Positions 29,871 to 40,123 of a stretch of DNA of 64,000 bases are shown here, in pieces (the first letter of the stretch is position 1; every line of letters starts with the position of its first letter). The notes below the pieces were generated by a model. It saw only the letters and a list, made by a program, of their open reading frames with translations, made no database searches and was not told where the DNA came from. The stretch is taken from sequence record SRR22947725_2292. The stretch is one strand, 5' to 3'. Made by a program: the position numbers and the translations under genes.

Positions 29871-31406
29871 TTACTCTCCTCCCGGAAGTTGGATGGATTT
29901 CACAAAGGATGCAAAATTACCCTTCTCTTTCAAGATTCCTGCTGTCGCACCGTGAGCTTTAAAAAACCAAACGGAATCTTCCATTTCATAAACAAGAGCA
30001 AGAATGGATTTCTCTTTCCCTTCAATCGTAATCATTTCCGCCTGAGATCCAGAAAAACTGATCTTCTGAGTTAGTTTCGCCAATTGCTCTTCGCTGTAAT
30101 TCTCAACGCCAACCTGGCCACACCAACGATCGACATTTTTCCTGAAACCTTTAGCTCCAGCTCCAAGAGAAATACCCGTTATAGGAATGTCACCGACTAA
30201 TAAATTTACCTGCCTCATACCAGAAGCTGCTACAGTTTTCCAGCCTGCCGGCAGCATAAATTTGATATTGCTTTGAGAAGTCATCTCGCCAGTCGGGGCT
30301 GGGTTTACTGGAGCCTCCGCCACAACTTCTGAAGTCTTCTCTGGTGAAGCCGGCTTAGGGGCCGCTGCTGAAATAAATAAATACTTATATTTCGTTGTAC
30401 CTGCATCTAAAACCTGAATTTGCTTATTGATATCTGCCAGGCTTTCTGCACCTAGGCCTATTTGGCGACGCCAACGATTAACGTTACTCTCTAAAGTACC
30501 ACCACCTACAGGTAAGGTGATAACCGTCACTTTGGCTCCAGAGGCATCAAAAGAAGCTTTAATCATGCCTCCGCCACCGAGGTTTTTCCAAGAAGCCGGA
30601 ACTTGCCAGTCTGCTTTTTCTCCAGAGTACTTGAAACTCTTAACAAAATTCTCAAAATTAGCTTTTTCGCGAATGAGAATATCGGCACTTCCCATAAATT
30701 TGATATACCAAGTCAAGCCATTCACATCAGCAAAAGCTATGCGAATCCCTTTAGCCGCACCTATTTCAGAGCCATCTCCATGTGGATTTGCCATCGGCGC
30801 CTGCTCAGCTTGTGTTTCCCGTAACTCCTTACCGGTGCTGCCATCGTGCTTAGCTAAAACGACAATCACACCAAAGCGACCGTTAATGACCTGCTTTTGT
30901 GAAACCTGCATAAGTTGGCGGGCATCCATAGGTCCATTACCAAGTTGACGATTCCAACGATTTACGTTGTCCAACACGGAACCAGAGGCTTTTGAAATTG
31001 TTACCCGACTCTTCAAACCATCTTTAGTAATTGACGAATGAAGAAAGCCTTTTTCTCGAGTTTGAACCCAACCTTCGGGAAGTTCCAGTTTTACCACTTC
31101 AACGGAATAATCATCAAAATCTATGGTCTCAATAAGCTTATCCAAAAGTTCTTTTACGGCATTAAACTCTGAAGAAGGGCCAGCTAATTTAACAAACCAC
31201 TGAGATGATGTCGTTGGAATGATTAAGCCTAAAATCAAATTGGCATCTTTCGGTAAGCCTTTCATTTTGGGGGCCGCTTTTTCTACGGCAGCATCCTCGG
31301 CTATTTTAACATCAATAGTGCCAACGCTGTCACTTTTCCCACAGGAAGTCATGAGGCTAATTGAAAGCGCTACTATTGATAATTTTTTAAAAATATTTTG
31401 TATCAT
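29871..31406 (-). CDS. Lipoprotein with three internal repeats, upstream of the ccs genes
   Basis: MTSC lipobox; repeated PxxW, NV(N/D)RWxxQ(L/I/V)G and W(F/Y)xKxxG motifs. Confidence 0.8.
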   Translation of the reverse strand: MIQNIFKKLSIVALSISLMTSCGKSDSVGTIDVKIAEDAAVEKAAPKMKGLPKDANLILGLIIPTTSSQWFVKLAGPSSEFNAVKELLDKLIETIDFDDYSVEVVKLELPEGWVQTREKGFLHSSITKDGLKSRVTISKASGSVLDNVNRWNRQLGNGPMDARQLMQVSQKQVINGRFGVIVVLAKHDGSTGKELRETQAEQAPMANPHGDGSEIGAAKGIRIAFADVNGLTWYIKFMGSADILIREKANFENFVKSFKYSGEKADWQVPASWKNLGGGGMIKASFDASGAKVTVITLPVGGGTLESNVNRWRRQIGLGAESLADINKQIQVLDAGTTKYKYLFISAAAPKPASPEKTSEVVAEAPVNPAPTGEMTSQSNIKFMLPAGWKTVAASGMRQVNLLVGDIPITGISLGAGAKGFRKNVDRWCGQVGVENYSEEQLAKLTQKISFSGSQAEMITIEGKEKSILALVYEMEDSVWFFKAHGATAGILKEKGNFASFVKSIQLPGGE

Positions 31407-31444
31407 TTAATTATAAATTCCGTTTAGTCGTTGTGGCTAATAAT

Positions 31445-31909
31445 TCACAGCGATAATTTCTTAAGATATGGGGTAGAATAGTTCACATCTGTATCTATGG
31501 AAGATGAGCCCTGAATATTCTTAGCGAAAATATCATTAAAGGCTACATGAAGCGGCCTATTACTTTGCGGTGAAATACCTGAAGTACAATTATGAGCTTT
31601 ATTTAAAGTCATGACCATAGAATTATCATCTTGTGGCTGTGCATTGTTAAATGGGACAAACCAAAAGCTAAATGCAAAAGTCAAAAGAGCAGCATAAGCA
31701 GAGACTTTCATTAAGCCCTGAGACAGGCGAAGGATAGGGTTTGGAAATTGCGGCTCAAGAATTTTCAAATTCTCAAACTTAGCCTTTAAGCGTTGATATT
31801 CTTTGCGGATTTCTTCATCATATTTTATGGCCCGTTCTACTTCTTTTCTCTGCTGATTTGATAGAAGTTTAAATAGGTATTCACAAATAACTTGTTCATC
31901 AATTTTCAT
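31445..31909 (-). CDS. Putative anti-sigma factor
   Basis: Follows the ECF sigma gene; N-terminal EYLFKLLS...EVERAI anti-sigma-like segment, one TM helix, short extracytoplasmic tail. Confidence 0.65.
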   Translation of the reverse strand: MKIDEQVICEYLFKLLSNQQRKEVERAIKYDEEIRKEYQRLKAKFENLKILEPQFPNPILRLSQGLMKVSAYAALLTFAFSFWFVPFNNAQPQDDNSMVMTLNKAHNCTSGISPQSNRPLHVAFNDIFAKNIQGSSSIDTDVNYSTPYLKKLSL

Positions 31910-31918
31910 AGTGACACC

Positions 31919-32449
31919 TCAATCTGCATCCGGCAACGTTCTTGCCAAATTCATGATGGCCCGTGACATATGAGTCTTTACCGTACTGACTGAACACGTA
32001 AGAACTGCTGCAATCTCAGGGTAAGACAAACCATGAAAGTAATTCATCACTAATACTTCACGCTGCATTTCTGAAAGTGAATTAATCGCTATGTGTACAG
32101 AGTGCCTCAGCTCAAGCTCAGCAATTTTATCAGCGGCACCCAATTCAGTAGCTTCATCTAAATGCGAGACATAATCATTCAACTTATCCAGTCGGCGCCT
32201 TTCTTTTCGCGATGCATCTACCTGACAATTACGAGCAATTCGATAAAGCCAGGCTTTAAACGGCGAAGCTTCGTTAAATTGATCCATCTTATCGTGAACT
32301 TTTTGGAAAGTCTGTTGAATGATGTCTTGTGCTTGAGAGCCGGCACCTAAATAAGTAAAGAGGGGTTCTCTATATCTGTGAACGAGATTTTCAAAAGCGC
32401 AGGTATCGCCATTTTTAAAATCCATCACTAACTCTCTATCTGTCTTCAT
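31919..32449 (-). CDS. ECF RNA polymerase sigma factor
   Basis: GDTCAFENLVHRY, AQDIIQQTF, FKAWLYRIARN and GLSYPEIAAVL...TVKTHMSRA motifs. Confidence 0.93.
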   Translation of the reverse strand: MKTDRELVMDFKNGDTCAFENLVHRYREPLFTYLGAGSQAQDIIQQTFQKVHDKMDQFNEASPFKAWLYRIARNCQVDASRKERRRLDKLNDYVSHLDEATELGAADKIAELELRHSVHIAINSLSEMQREVLVMNYFHGLSYPEIAAVLTCSVSTVKTHMSRAIMNLARTLPDAD

Positions 32450-32491
32450 ATAAATCCTGTGTTTAAAGAGATATACGTCTAAAAAGTGTTT

Positions 32492-32518
32492 TCAGACGAC
32501 AAGAACCGAAGAAAGTTA
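32492..32518 (-). promoter_or_regulatory. Putative autoregulatory ECF promoter
   Basis: Minus strand TAACTT-N16-TCTGA, close to the RpoE consensus GAACTT-N16-TCTGA, about 45 nt upstream of the sigma ATG. Confidence 0.6.
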
Positions 32519-32551
32519 TGATTTTTCTTTAATTTCATAAGATATGAGCCA

Positions 32552-33010
32552 TCAATCGGCCATTTTTTCAAAAAGTTGATAATGCTCGCCATTCATACCC
32601 AAGTTATTATATACTTTCTGAGCTTTATTATTCGTTTTATCAACATAGAGCCGGACACCGGCAAATTCCCCTGAATCAATTCGCGACTCAAGATACGAGA
32701 ACATCGCCTTAAAAGCACCTTGCCCGCGAAAATTCGGCAAAACGTACAAACTCTGAATCCATGCCGTCTGCTTGTTACGCCAATCAGACCATTCTTTCGT
32801 AATCAGTAAACAACCGGCACATTGACCATCAATCTCCGCCATGATGTAGCTGCCTTTAGCCGCGTCCGCCAAAACAGCCGATACCCCTAAGTGCAAGGTT
32901 TTCTTATCTAACTGCAAGCCTTCTGTTTCACTGGCCATCGCATAATTAGCCTCTACTAAAAAATCGACATCTGCTTGAGTCGCAAAGCGAGTATTTATAT
33001 TTTTGGTCAT
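32552..33010 (-). CDS. GNAT family acetyltransferase
   Basis: EWSDWRN, WIQSLYVLPNFRGQG and RLYVDKTNNKAQKVYNNLGM motifs. Confidence 0.9.
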   Translation of the reverse strand: MTKNINTRFATQADVDFLVEANYAMASETEGLQLDKKTLHLGVSAVLADAAKGSYIMAEIDGQCAGCLLITKEWSDWRNKQTAWIQSLYVLPNFRGQGAFKAMFSYLESRIDSGEFAGVRLYVDKTNNKAQKVYNNLGMNGEHYQLFEKMAD

Positions 33011-33092
33011 TTGATTGAAAAAGCCTGATCATTGTTCATAATAATAGCACATTATATAACCTCATCGAAAAGATAGAAGTCTTTCCTTAATT

Positions 33093-33263
33093 ATGGCGAA
33101 AAAAAAATCAGGCGCAGAAACTGAAACGATTGGCTTACACAACGCCATCAGTAAACAAAACCGCGACCTAGGGACTAAAAACGACAACAGCCTTTGGTGG
33201 ACACTAGGCCTCCTTCTTTTTGCGATTATTATCATCGCCGTTTGGTTTATGACTACTTTTTAA
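33093..33263 (+). CDS. Small 56-aa protein with a C-terminal TM helix
   Basis: MAKKKSGAETETIGLHNAISKQNRDLGTKNDNSLWWTLGLLLFAIIIIAVWFMTTF*; below the ORF-track cutoff and occupies an otherwise empty gap. Confidence 0.6.
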   Translation: MAKKKSGAETETIGLHNAISKQNRDLGTKNDNSLWWTLGLLLFAIIIIAVWFMTTF

Positions 33264-33377
33264 ATCGACCATTTGCCTATTTTGCACTAAAAATTTTGAG
33301 AATCCCTTAAAAGTTTAATAAGATAAACATGCATTCCTCTATGTTAGAGTAAGACCAATTAAACTAAAGGACTCTCA

Positions 33378-34277
33378 ATGGATCGTCGTAATTTCATAAA
33401 GTTACTTGCCGCAAGCGCTGCTTTTCCTGCTTTGCAATCATGCTCGAGCAACTCATCTGAGTGCAATCAGCTATTCAAAATATCTCTAGCTCAATGGTCC
33501 CTTCACAGGATGTTAAGAGGCGGCCAACTTAAAAATATAGACTTCCCTGAATTTACCAAGAAAACATTTGGCATAAGTGGCGTTGAATACGTCAATACAT
33601 TCTTTAAAGACAAAGCCAACGATAATAAGTATCTCACTGAGCTAAAAAAGCGCTGTGACGACAATGGTGTAACCAGTGTCTTAATTATGTGTGATCGCGA
33701 AGGCCGACTAGGCGATCCTAAAAATGACAAACGTCAAACTGCTGTCGAAAATCACTACAAATGGGTCGAGGCCGCTAAGTTCCTAGGATGCCATTCTATT
33801 CGCGTTAATGCGGCTTCTGCAGGCTCCTATGAAGAGCAAAAGAAACTTGCTACCGATGGCTTAAGTAAACTTTCAAACTTCGCTGCCAAGCACGACATCA
33901 ATGTTATAGTCGAAAACCATGGCGGCCTTTCGTCCAATGGTAAGTGGCTTAAAGAGGTCATGGAAACTGTCAATCTCGAAAACTGCGGTACCTTACCTGA
34001 CTTTGGTAATTTTAAAGACTATGATCGCTATCTAGGTGTTAAAGAAACGATTAAGTTTGCTAAAGGCGTCAGTGCTAAGGCCCATGATTTTAACGAGAAA
34101 GGCGAAGAAATACATACTGATTTTGACAAAATGCTTAAGATCGTTTTCGATGGCGGCTACCGCGGTGGTTATATCGGTGTTGAATACGAAGGCAAGAAGA
34201 CCGGCGAAATTGAAGGCATTAAACTCACGCGTGACTTATTGATCAAAATGAGAGATAAGTACTCAAAAATCTACTAA
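33378..34277 (+). CDS. Tat-exported sugar phosphate isomerase/epimerase (xylose isomerase-like TIM barrel)
   Basis: MDRRNFIK Tat signal; [23 protein letters not shown] and IGVEYEG motifs. Confidence 0.88.
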   Translation: MDRRNFIKLLAASAAFPALQSCSSNSSECNQLFKISLAQWSLHRMLRGGQLKNIDFPEFTKKTFGISGVEYVNTFFKDKANDNKYLTELKKRCDDNGVTSVLIMCDREGRLGDPKNDKRQTAVENHYKWVEAAKFLGCHSIRVNAASAGSYEEQKKLATDGLSKLSNFAAKHDINVIVENHGGLSSNGKWLKEVMETVNLENCGTLPDFGNFKDYDRYLGVKETIKFAKGVSAKAHDFNEKGEEIHTDFDKMLKIVFDGGYRGGYIGVEYEGKKTGEIEGIKLTRDLLIKMRDKYSKIY

Positions 34278-34286
34278 TCTAAATGC

Positions 34287-34310
34287 TGCGCCTATACCTT
34301 TATAGGCGCA
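34287..34310. terminator. Hairpin between convergent genes
   Basis: TGCGCCTATA-CCTT-TATAGGCGCA, perfect 10-bp stem. Confidence 0.7.
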
Positions 34311-37214
34311 CTATTCCTTGATCCTTTGGAGCACATGTTCGAACTCCGCGATCACATTTTCAAGATTTCTCATATCGTAAATCTCATAATACTTTTCTAA
34401 GCGCGCTATATAGTCCTGAAGTATGCCATTTTCAAAGACCGTATTTATACCAGATAGAGCTTCCAGAAAAGCCTGTATGTTATGTAACTGCAGAGTTTTA
34501 CAAGCCTCTTTATTAAGCTTAAGTGCATCATCCATTAATGTCGATATAAAATCATCATCAATAAGTGGCTCTTCTTCGACTTGCTCAACTTCTTCTTCTT
34601 CATCCTCTATGACATCTTCTTTTTCTTCACACCCGACCTGTAATGAAATATCTAAGACTTTCGCTAGTTCAGCGATTAAAACTTCCCTTTTAAGAGGCTT
34701 AGTCAATAGGGCTTCGCACACTAAAAGGATCCCTTCAACCTGATCCTTCATGGCTGAAGCCGTAACGACAATAATGGGAATGTCTTTTAAGGCTTGATCA
34801 TTTTTCATAATGGTAGATGCTTGAATCCCATCCATACGTGGCATTTTGATATCCATCAGAACGACATCTGGATTATAGATCCTCGCCTTTTCAATAGCCT
34901 CAACTCCATCATCTGCAAAATAAAGCTTAGCACCAGTATCGACCAAATAACCTTTGATCAACTCACGATTCAAGCTAACATCCTCAGCAACAAGTATTTT
35001 TAAATTATCAAATTGTAAATCCTGAACTTCTTTCAACTTAGAAAAATTGGCAAAACTACTAAAAATAATACTCTTTACATCGGGAATTTTAATAATAAAC
35101 TCGCTGCCTTTACCTTCTTCAGAAAGAAGGTCAATGGTGCCACCCATCAAGTCCACTAATTTGCGGCAAATTGACAAGCCAAGTCCAGTACCACCTAAAG
35201 TTTGCTTATCTTGACTGTTAGTTTGTTCAAAAGGCGAAAAAACTTTATCTTGGTACCTTTTCGGAATACCTAAACCTGTATCTTTAACGGCAATAATTAA
35301 ATTTAGTTTATTGCCTTGGCGTTCATCTACTGAAACGCGTAAATTAATGCCGCCTTCTTCTGTAAACTTGACCGCATTACTCAATAAATTGGTAACGACC
35401 TGTCGAATTCTCAATTCATCTAGAAGTAATTTTTCTGGTAAGTTCTCATCAATTTCAACATTAAAATCTAAGCCTTTATCTGCTGCCAAAGACCCATACA
35501 TTACTTCTAAACCGTGGCAAACGGCCTCGAGGTCTACTTCAGATAATTGAATCTCCATCTTACCTGCTTCAACTTTACTGATATCTAAAATACCATCAAT
35601 AAGACGCAGTAAGGTATTTCCAGAGGCTGATATAGAATGGAGGTAGGCCAAAAACTCAGGGTCTTCCATTTTCCTTGTTAGCAGGTCCGTAAAACCCAAA
35701 ATAGCATTCATGGGAGTACGAATTTCATGACTCATATTGGCTAAAAATTCACTTTTAGAGGAATTGGCGGCATCGGCCCCTTCCTTAGCAAGCTGTAAGC
35801 TTGTTGTTCTCTCTAAGACTTTTTTCTCTAAATTCTCTCGCTCTTGCTCAAGCCGATTGTGACTTTCTTTTAATTCTTCAGTCATTTTATTAAAACTTGC
35901 GGAAATCAATGCTAATTCATCTTTCCCCTCAACAGGAATACTGGCTTCGAGATCTCCTTCACTCACTTCTTGAAGGCTTTCGTTCAACAATAGAAGTCGA
36001 GAAAAAATAAAACGATTTAAAAGATAGTAGCTCAAGAAAATCACCACGATAGCGAGAATTATGGTGAACCCTATATAAGTGACGCGCAAACTCTTCGCTG
36101 AAGCAATAATATGAGCAGTAATTTCGTTGTATTTCCCAAGAACTGCGTCCTGCGGTAGGATCTTGACATAGATCCAATCAGTCCTTTCAATAGGAGCCGC
36201 CAAACTAAAATAATCGACCCCACCAGCCTTCAAGCTAACCCACTTATTAGGCATCTCTCTGATTTGGGCAAAATAGTTTTTATAGGAAGCAAAGGACTTA
36301 GTAAAATCAAATTTCTCATAGTCTGATATTTCTTTATAAAAAGGGCTTTCACCTTTTGGAGGAATAATTAACTTCCCTGTTTTAGAAATAACAAAACCCG
36401 TACTCGCGGCATCTTTATTCAACTCTTCGAGATTATCAATCATATCTTTCAGACCGACATCCAAACCAACACCAGCAAAAAGTTTTTCCTTATAATACAA
36501 TGGGAAGGCTACTGATAGACGCATTTCTTGACTGAGTGGGGCTAAATAAACCTTTGACCAAATGGGTTGAGAATAGTTTACCGGCAAAGCTTTCGCTGAA
36601 GCATAAAGTGGTAGTTTATAATAGTCGTAATCTTTAGCATGAGGCAACATTTTAATCATCGGCCCATTCGGGTAATAACGATCCATAGTAGAGTCCGTCA
36701 CTAACCAAGCTGCTTTAACATAATTACTGACTTTACTAGAAAATAGCAGGGATGAATCTAAATGTGAAAATGCCTTATCCCACATCAATACCAGTTCTTC
36801 TGAATAAGCTGGGTCCCGATATTTAGCAGCTTCGTAGTAAATTGCTAAGGGCTCAGCTTTCTGGTTAATAAATCGACCTGACTCCTCATAGTAGGAAAAC
36901 TGCGTGCCATCATTTATCAGGCTGGCATATTCTTCAGGGTCAGCCATGATTTTCTTTGCCAAAAGCCCCAATTCCAAACAATGAAACTCGATACTTTTAA
37001 ATTCACTATCTAAAAGATTTGCTTCGTACTCAGTAGACTTTAAAAGACTCGTTTGAGCTTGAATGAAAATATCATCCTTATAAGCTGCAAGAGAACGCTC
37101 GGTCTGATCATCCAAACGAGAAATTGCCAATAAACCGACAACTCCAATAGCACATACTAAAATCAGCAATTGCCAGAGAGTTATTTTTAAGCGAATACTG
37201 GAGCTAAAAACCAT
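34311..37214 (-). CDS. Hybrid sensor histidine kinase (Cache-like, HAMP, HisKA, HATPase, REC)
   Basis: Two TM helices; [30 protein letters not shown] and GGTGLGL motifs; REC domain with LMDIKMP. Confidence 0.93.
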   Translation of the reverse strand: MVFSSSIRLKITLWQLLILVCAIGVVGLLAISRLDDQTERSLAAYKDDIFIQAQTSLLKSTEYEANLLDSEFKSIEFHCLELGLLAKKIMADPEEYASLINDGTQFSYYEESGRFINQKAEPLAIYYEAAKYRDPAYSEELVLMWDKAFSHLDSSLLFSSKVSNYVKAAWLVTDSTMDRYYPNGPMIKMLPHAKDYDYYKLPLYASAKALPVNYSQPIWSKVYLAPLSQEMRLSVAFPLYYKEKLFAGVGLDVGLKDMIDNLEELNKDAASTGFVISKTGKLIIPPKGESPFYKEISDYEKFDFTKSFASYKNYFAQIREMPNKWVSLKAGGVDYFSLAAPIERTDWIYVKILPQDAVLGKYNEITAHIIASAKSLRVTYIGFTIILAIVVIFLSYYLLNRFIFSRLLLLNESLQEVSEGDLEASIPVEGKDELALISASFNKMTEELKESHNRLEQERENLEKKVLERTTSLQLAKEGADAANSSKSEFLANMSHEIRTPMNAILGFTDLLTRKMEDPEFLAYLHSISASGNTLLRLIDGILDISKVEAGKMEIQLSEVDLEAVCHGLEVMYGSLAADKGLDFNVEIDENLPEKLLLDELRIRQVVTNLLSNAVKFTEEGGINLRVSVDERQGNKLNLIIAVKDTGLGIPKRYQDKVFSPFEQTNSQDKQTLGGTGLGLSICRKLVDLMGGTIDLLSEEGKGSEFIIKIPDVKSIIFSSFANFSKLKEVQDLQFDNLKILVAEDVSLNRELIKGYLVDTGAKLYFADDGVEAIEKARIYNPDVVLMDIKMPRMDGIQASTIMKNDQALKDIPIIVVTASAMKDQVEGILLVCEALLTKPLKREVLIAELAKVLDISLQVGCEEKEDVIEDEEEEVEQVEEEPLIDDDFISTLMDDALKLNKEACKTLQLHNIQAFLEALSGINTVFENGILQDYIARLEKYYEIYDMRNLENVIAEFEHVLQRIKE

Positions 37215-37419
37215 CCAAATCCCGGTTTATTATGGATCTCTTTAGATCATTTAAGGAGAAAACTACATCTATTAAAATGTAACATATAACAGCAAAACGC
37301 AATTTTACCCTGAATTTTTTAGCTCAATGGTTGATAAATAAATTACTTTTCGTTTAAAAGAAACAATTTTTCTTAAAGCTTGTCGTTCTTTGTATGAGAT
37401 TTACATTGGAGAATTAAAA

Positions 37420-38379
37420 ATGCTCAAACCAATCAATATATTTTTTATGGCGACAACTGCCATTTTTGGGGGACTTTATTTTACCTCAACAGATCAAGCG
37501 ATAGAAATACCTAGTGTCCAGATACAAAAGGCCACTGGCAACCAAGACTTAATAAAAGAAAACAAATTACTCAAACAAAAATTAGCTCATCTTCAAAATG
37601 AGCTGGATCTCCTTGAAAATATGCCTGAAAGAATCGTCAAAGTTTCGGCAGATAAAAAATTAGATACAACTGCAGCGCTCGATACACGTACAGCAGGACA
37701 GAGCTCTTTTCGAGACATGATGGATGAACCTGAGATCCAGGCCATGATGAAAAAAAGACAGCAAGAAATGGTCTCAAGACGCTATGGGAAAATAATCGAC
37801 CGGCTTGACCTTAATGACGCCGACAAAGAAAAACTCACTGCGCTCCTTGGAGACAAACAATTATACCGTATCCAGTCATATATGCGCCTAAGGGCAGCCA
37901 CAGAAGAAACAGATAAAGACAACATAAAAGCTCTTTCTGAAGAACAAATGATCGAAAATGATAACCAAATTGCCGATCTTCTTGGAGACAAGTTTGAGAC
38001 CTATTCCAACTACCAAGAAAAACGCCACGAGTATAGCATGATAGAGAGCCTTAATGAAAAATTTGAAGATCAGTCTCTTGATGATAACCAAGCAGATCAA
38101 CTTGCAGATGTGATGAAATCGACGTCAGAGTCTTATGAATTTTCAAATCCTGATATTGCCGAAAACCCCGGAGCTTTCAAAGAGCTCTCTAAGGAAGAAC
38201 AAGCAACTTATATGAATGAGCTCAAGGAAAGAGATGAACTCGTCCTCAGCGAAGTCGCCAACGACCTTTCTGCGGAACAACTTGAGCAATTAAAGAAAGA
38301 GCAAAAAATACAACGCCAAAGAGCTACTTCATCTCGTGGTGGTTTTCCTGGGAGCCGTCGTCGAGGTCCAAGGAAGTAA
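37420..38379 (+). CDS. Hypothetical membrane-anchored helical/coiled-coil protein
   Basis: GGAG RBS before ATG 37420; N-terminal hydrophobic segment, coiled coil, Arg/Gly-rich tail; overlaps the pabB 3' end by 56 nt. Confidence 0.7.
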   Translation: MLKPINIFFMATTAIFGGLYFTSTDQAIEIPSVQIQKATGNQDLIKENKLLKQKLAHLQNELDLLENMPERIVKVSADKKLDTTAALDTRTAGQSSFRDMMDEPEIQAMMKKRQQEMVSRRYGKIIDRLDLNDADKEKLTALLGDKQLYRIQSYMRLRAATEETDKDNIKALSEEQMIENDNQIADLLGDKFETYSNYQEKRHEYSMIESLNEKFEDQSLDDNQADQLADVMKSTSESYEFSNPDIAENPGAFKELSKEEQATYMNELKERDELVLSEVANDLSAEQLEQLKKEQKIQRQRATSSRGGFPGSRRRGPRK

Positions 38380-40123
38380 ACCAGGCCTCAACATCTCCTG
38401 ACAAACGCACTGAATTGCCTATGACGATTTTTTCTGAGTCTTCCAAGTCTTTCAGTGTTAAAGATCTTTCCTGCGCCTGCAAATGCATAATCTGTTCTGC
38501 ACGCCAGGTACCAGGAAGGAGCCCACAACTAAGTGCAGGGGTAAACCATTGCCCCTTTATTTTTATGAAAAGATTACTAATAGCCCCTTCACATAGCTCG
38601 CCTTTTTCATTTAAGAACCAAACCTCGTCGAAGCCGTTTTTACGGGCTTCATTAAACTCATTATTATACTGCTCTCGGCAATCTGTTTTGTGATAGAGAT
38701 AGGGGTTATTTGAATTTATTGCATGAGGGGAAATATAGACTTTAAGCTTCGAGCCCTCCCATGACGAATCTTTTTCCAACAACGTATCTGTCAAAATGGC
38801 TTCACCATCAGCAGTAACCGACAAGCGCAAGCGGCACCTCTCATTGCCTAAACCACTCATTTTATTCTCTAACAGTAATTTTATTTCCTGCTCAGGGAAT
38901 GACCATAAAAAGTAGCGGCACGAATTCTCCAATCGCTGTAAATGTTCCTTAAGAAGGTAAACCTCACCATTCTCTAGTAGCATTGTCTCAAAAATTTCAT
39001 TGTGCTGTCTACGGAAATTGATGAAACTGCTTTTCAACAAGCACTCTTCCCATTCAAGGTTCTGAGCGGAGTCAGCCACAATACCGCTGCCAATACCTAA
39101 ACTTGCTTGCTGATTAGATACCACAATGGTCCGTATGCAGACGTTCAACAAGAAATCTCCACCAGGTTTAAAAATACCAGCACAACCTGTGTAAAGGCCT
39201 CGACCATCACACTCCAATTCATCGATTATTTCCATGGCACGAATCTTGGGGGCCCCAGTAATTGACCCAGCTGGAAAGGTTGCTTTTAAAATCTCCGAAA
39301 TACTCGTCTTCTTATCGACCTTACCGTGAACAGAACTGGTCAGTTGATGAAGAGAAGCATAACGCGAAGCTGTAAAAAGGTCAGGAACCTGCACCGAATT
39401 AAATTCACAAACACGGCTCATATCATTGCGCATCAGGTCCACTATCATAACATTTTCAGCACGGCTTTTCAGATCTTCTGTCAGCGCTAAGCGGTAGTTT
39501 TCATCGCTCTCATAATCAAGCCCTCGTTTAATTGTACCCTTCATTGGTTTACTCAACAAAGAGTCGCCTCGACGGCATAAGAAGAGTTCTGGAGATTGAG
39601 ATAAAACCTGACATTGTCCTGTATCCATATAAAAAGAATAAGGGACTGGGTGCTGATCTTCTAAAAGGCAAAAAAGTTCAAGAGGGTATACTGCTAATGG
39701 AAAATCACAACGAAAGCTATAATTGGCCTGATAGATATCGCCTTCTCTTATGTAATCGAGAACTGCACTGCAGGCTTTGGTATATTCGTCTTCATTAATT
39801 CTTGGGAAAATATCTTCAATAAGAGGTAAGGGTAAGCCTGCCTTCAATTCTTCGAGGCTCACCTTTTTAACTTCTTTGACTGCCATAAAATAAACTAGAG
39901 GAAAAGAAGGGTCGCTTTGTTTCACCAAATGGCGAGCTTCAAAAGCGGGAGCGGCTTCATAGCTAATCCAACCGGCCACCCAATAACCAGAAGATTGCAA
40001 GGCTTCAACTTCTCGTAAAATCGGCAAAACTTCATCGAGGGTTGTGGCTGTTAATATATGTTCACAATGTTCGGCAAAAAAATACTGATTCTCTTCAGTA
40101 TCATCCTTCACAAGAAACTTCAT
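38324..40123 (-). CDS. pabB: Aminodeoxychorismate synthase component I fused to ADC lyase (class IV aminotransferase-like)
   Basis: GDIYQAN, SPELFL, KPMKGT, AENVMIVDLMRND and FPAGSITGAPK motifs; C-terminal IFETM, HLQRL, HKT, EGAISN and GLLPGT motifs. Confidence 0.9.
   Translation of the reverse strand: MKFLVKDDTEENQYFFAEHCEHILTATTLDEVLPILREVEALQSSGYWVAGWISYEAAPAFEARHLVKQSDPSFPLVYFMAVKEVKKVSLEELKAGLPLPLIEDIFPRINEDEYTKACSAVLDYIREGDIYQANYSFRCDFPLAVYPLELFCLLEDQHPVPYSFYMDTGQCQVLSQSPELFLCRRGDSLLSKPMKGTIKRGLDYESDENYRLALTEDLKSRAENVMIVDLMRNDMSRVCEFNSVQVPDLFTASRYASLHQLTSSVHGKVDKKTSISEILKATFPAGSITGAPKIRAMEIIDELECDGRGLYTGCAGIFKPGGDFLLNVCIRTIVVSNQQASLGIGSGIVADSAQNLEWEECLLKSSFINFRRQHNEIFETMLLENGEVYLLKEHLQRLENSCRYFLWSFPEQEIKLLLENKMSGLGNERCRLRLSVTADGEAILTDTLLEKDSSWEGSKLKVYISPHAINSNNPYLYHKTDCREQYNNEFNEARKNGFDEVWFLNEKGELCEGAISNLFIKIKGQWFTPALSCGLLPGTWRAEQIMHLQAQERSLTLKDLEDSEKIVIGNSVRLSGDVEAWFTSLDLDDGSQENHHEMK

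Noticed and set aside
37360-37387. Another ECF-like promoter (GAAACAA-N16-TCGTT) before the 37420 gene
   Set aside because: Both boxes deviate from the AACTT/GTCT pattern; too weak in AT-rich DNA
38324-38379. 56-nt convergent overlap between pabB and the 37420 gene as a regulatory feature
   Set aside because: Short 3' overlaps of low-complexity tails are common and show no further structure
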